48,350 bases of DNA from Nitrospiraceae bacterium (lineage in GTDB: Bacteria; Nitrospirota; Nitrospiria; Nitrospirales; Nitrospiraceae): the NCBI GenBank assembly GCA_050246315.1, contig JBFWWG010000019.1:1-48350 (forward strand), given 5' to 3'. Position 1 is the first letter of the stretch; each line of letters starts with the position of its first letter. Position numbers and translations under genes: made by a program. The notes below the pieces were generated by a model that saw only the letters and a program-made list of their open reading frames with translations, was not told the DNA's origin and ran no database searches. Shown piece after piece: positions 46,160-48,350 of the stretch.

Positions 46160-46175
46160 TGGCATTGTGATTGCT
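46160..46175 (+). promoter_or_regulatory. sigma54 promoter
   Basis: TGGCATTGTGATTGCT (GG-N10-GC), 46 nt before the ATG at 46222. Confidence 0.8.
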
Positions 46176-46221
46176 CAACCCTTTCGGAGCAGGCGAGGAC
46201 GATGAACGAAAGGCGGAGTTG

Positions 46222-46722
46222 ATGGCGGAACGGCACTTTGAACGGATTCTCATCCCGGTCGATTTCTCTCCTTGTTCGGAGGAAGCGTTTCGGCTGGGAT
46301 TGTCGCTGGCACGCCTCTACCAGGCCGAGGTGCTCTTGTTGCACGTCATCGACACCAAATCCCTGCGCATGCTCAACCGGCTGGGCTTGGCTCCACCGTC
46401 GGAGGAAAAGACGCAGATCAAGCGCCTCCGCCACCATGTGCGGCTGGATGCGCGACGTCTCCTGGCGATGGAAGAGGCAAAGGGGGTGGCGATTCGCCGG
46501 CTCCTAGCGGAAGGGGTACCGTTCGTCGAGATCGCCAAGGTGGCGCGCAGCGAGCAGGTGGGGTTGGTGGTCATGGGGAGCTACGGAGGATCGGTCGGGA
46601 GCGTGGAGAAGATCTTCTTCGGCAGCACGGCGGAAAAAGTCGTCCGCACGGCCGGCTGTCCGGTATTGACGGTTCCGTTGCCCGGCCGGCCGGTGAACCG
46701 CTCATCAAAAGCCGGTGCATAA
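46222..46722 (+). CDS. Single-domain universal stress protein
   Basis: RILIPVDFS...VVMGSYG...FGSTAEKVVRTAGCPVLTV. Confidence 0.93.
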   Translation: MAERHFERILIPVDFSPCSEEAFRLGLSLARLYQAEVLLLHVIDTKSLRMLNRLGLAPPSEEKTQIKRLRHHVRLDARRLLAMEEAKGVAIRRLLAEGVPFVEIAKVARSEQVGLVVMGSYGGSVGSVEKIFFGSTAEKVVRTAGCPVLTVPLPGRPVNRSSKAGA

Positions 46723-46744
46723 ACATCCTTTCAAAGGAGCAGCT

Positions 46745-47173
46745 ATGGAGAGCAGATGGTGGCGTCCGGTTGTCGCGGGGATGGTGGGGTTGGTTCTGTT
46801 CATCGGGGTCGGGGGAGAGCGCGGTCGATCCGATGCGCAGTCCGAACAAATCATGGAAGTCGTGATCCGAAACAATACGTTCATCGCGAAGCAGGCTCCG
46901 CTGGCTCTCAATAGTCCCGTGAGGATCGTCGTCCGGAACGAGGATTCGATCCGTCACGACTTCGGGTCGGCCATTTTTCAGAATACCCAGACTCAGATCG
47001 AGCATAACGGCGTGATCGCGTATGGCTCCACGGTGGGCGGCGTGTTCCTCGACGGCGGCCGCAGCGCAACCATCCACTTTACGCTTCAACGGCCCGGCCA
47101 GTACGAGTTCAAGTGTTCCATCCATCCCGACATGAAGGGGGAAATCCTGCTCATGTCGGTCGGCGCCGTGTAG
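46745..47173 (+). CDS. Exported cupredoxin-domain protein
   Basis: Signal/TM; NEDSIRHDF and CSIHPDMKG; AAGGAG RBS; paralogue of 28283-28738. Confidence 0.88.
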   Translation: MESRWWRPVVAGMVGLVLFIGVGGERGRSDAQSEQIMEVVIRNNTFIAKQAPLALNSPVRIVVRNEDSIRHDFGSAIFQNTQTQIEHNGVIAYGSTVGGVFLDGGRSATIHFTLQRPGQYEFKCSIHPDMKGEILLMSVGAV

Positions 47174-47195
47174 CGAGAGCGGAAGGAGACGTCCG

Positions 47196-48146
47196 ATGAG
47201 TGCGAAGACGATCGGAGCGGCGGTCTCGAACATTCTTCTGGCCACGGATGGGTCCGCCTCGGCCAGGGAAGCGGAATCGTTCGCGCTGATGATGGCGACG
47301 GCCTATGACGCGCGAGTGGATGCCCTGTCGGTGTTGGAATTCGAACCGGGACAGGACCTGGAATACGACGTCAACCGCCGGTATCTCGAAGACCGCCGGC
47401 GCGAGATCAGGGAACAAGGCGCCGCGCTGGCCCAACGGGCCGAAGCCGCCGGCATCAAGATCGAATGGCACGAATCCGTCGGCATGCCCAGCCGGGAAAT
47501 CATCGCCTTGGCCGAGCGGTCTCGACACGACCTCGTGGTAGTCGGGACCCATGGACGAACCGGATTCGAATATGTGCTGATCGGGAGTACGGCCGAACGG
47601 GTCGTGCGAGGAGCTCCCTGTCCGGTCGTGACCGTGCGGGGGGCGAGCGCGGCTGGCCGCGAGCCGGCTTCCGCCGTGAAAGGGGCAACCGAGAGAGGAT
47701 TGGCCAAGCTGCTGGTCGCGGTGGATTTCAGCGATTGCGGCCGGTCGGCGGTCGAATATGCCGTGCAATTGGCCGACCGATTCGGGAGCGAGGTCACGCT
47801 GCTGCATGTTGCGGAACCGGTCGCCTATGGGCTGGATTTTACCCTGAGGCATGCCCTGACCGGACCGGCCTTTCGCAAACAATGCGAGGAATCAATCGCC
47901 CAGTTGGCCGGGTTGTTCTCCGGGAGAGGGCTGAGCGCGCGTCATGACGTGCGCTCCGGCGTCCCGGGCGATGTGATCCAGCTTGTCGCGGGCGAGCGAG
48001 GCAGCGACGCCATCGTCATGGGCACGCACGGCCGGCGAGGATGGTCTCAAATCCGCTTCGGGAGTGTGGCCGAATCGGTCATCCGTCACGCCGATTGTCC
48101 GGTGTTTACGGTCCGCAGTCCGAAATTCAGGAACGCATCGTCGTAG
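47196..48146 (+). CDS. Tandem-domain universal stress protein
   Basis: ILLATDGS, GTHGRTG...IGSTAERVVR, VAVDFS, GTHGRRG...FGSVAE. Confidence 0.93.
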   Translation: MSAKTIGAAVSNILLATDGSASAREAESFALMMATAYDARVDALSVLEFEPGQDLEYDVNRRYLEDRRREIREQGAALAQRAEAAGIKIEWHESVGMPSREIIALAERSRHDLVVVGTHGRTGFEYVLIGSTAERVVRGAPCPVVTVRGASAAGREPASAVKGATERGLAKLLVAVDFSDCGRSAVEYAVQLADRFGSEVTLLHVAEPVAYGLDFTLRHALTGPAFRKQCEESIAQLAGLFSGRGLSARHDVRSGVPGDVIQLVAGERGSDAIVMGTHGRRGWSQIRFGSVAESVIRHADCPVFTVRSPKFRNASS

Positions 48147-48194
48147 GTATTGCGCGCCGCTTCGCGCGCGAGCCTGGAATCAATCTCGACCGGT

Positions 48195-48238
48195 TTAGCA
48201 GGTTGCGGAACAACTCGATGTGCGTGCTTCGACAGGCT
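48195..48238 (-). repeat. Right half of type-A MITE interrupted by the IS
   Basis: ttagcaggttgcggaacaactcgatgtgcgtgcttcgacaggct is a diverged inverted equivalent of 105-148. Confidence 0.8.
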
Positions 48239-48350
48239 GCTATGTGGATGTCAAGTGGATGGACACAAGAATCCTCTTTCGGTTGTCAGCTGCGTGTCCT
48301 TTCAGGCCAAAGAGAGACTGGCTGCTATGCGTGGCACGGCACACGGCCGT
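48239..48350 (-). mobile_element. Right non-coding end of the same probable IS110-family element
   Basis: 48239-48342 is the exact reverse complement of 1-104. Confidence 0.65.

Noticed and set aside
371..47882. Many long antisense or overlapping ORFs (e.g. 371-1387, 6360-7652, 9820-11016, 41828-42886, 44204-45163)
   Set aside because: Expected in high-GC DNA opposite real genes; no motifs or RBS.

Overview
This is a GC-rich bacterial window, probably a whole contig. Gene content and repeat style suggest a Nitrospira-like organism (inference). Both ends carry the same 119-bp sequence in inverted orientation (1-119 = reverse complement of 48224-48342). It reads as the right end of an IS110-family element inserted at the same position of a resident MITE/REP-like repeat. 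Most of the interior is a dormancy/low-oxygen-type stress island resembling the Burkholderia lxa locus or the mycobacterial DosR regulon in content. It holds five universal stress proteins, Hsp20, a BCAM0308-type protein, two CBS proteins, a GNAT-acyl-CoA synthetase fusion, a P-type ATPase operon, an HPF-CSD/Lon/FmdB/adenosine kinase/pncA/pncB operon, cytochromes c and cupredoxins. Nine correctly spaced sigma54 (-24/-12) promoters and recurrent TGT-N11-ACA-like activator sites head these operons, yet no regulator is encoded in the window. Two accessory patches interrupt the island. The first (about 2.0-5.3 kb) has BrnTA, a DUF3800 gene tightly coupled to a putative R-S-E ADP-ribosyltransferase-like gene, and decayed TA genes. 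The second (about 23.9-28.2 kb) has three TA modules, repeated units ending in AAGACNTGACCC, an IS5 fragment and a duplicated Cys-rich gene. A train of CTAG-joined MITEs (34549-35107) sits between putative activator sites and a sigma54 promoter. I recognised no rRNA, tRNA or CRISPR array.
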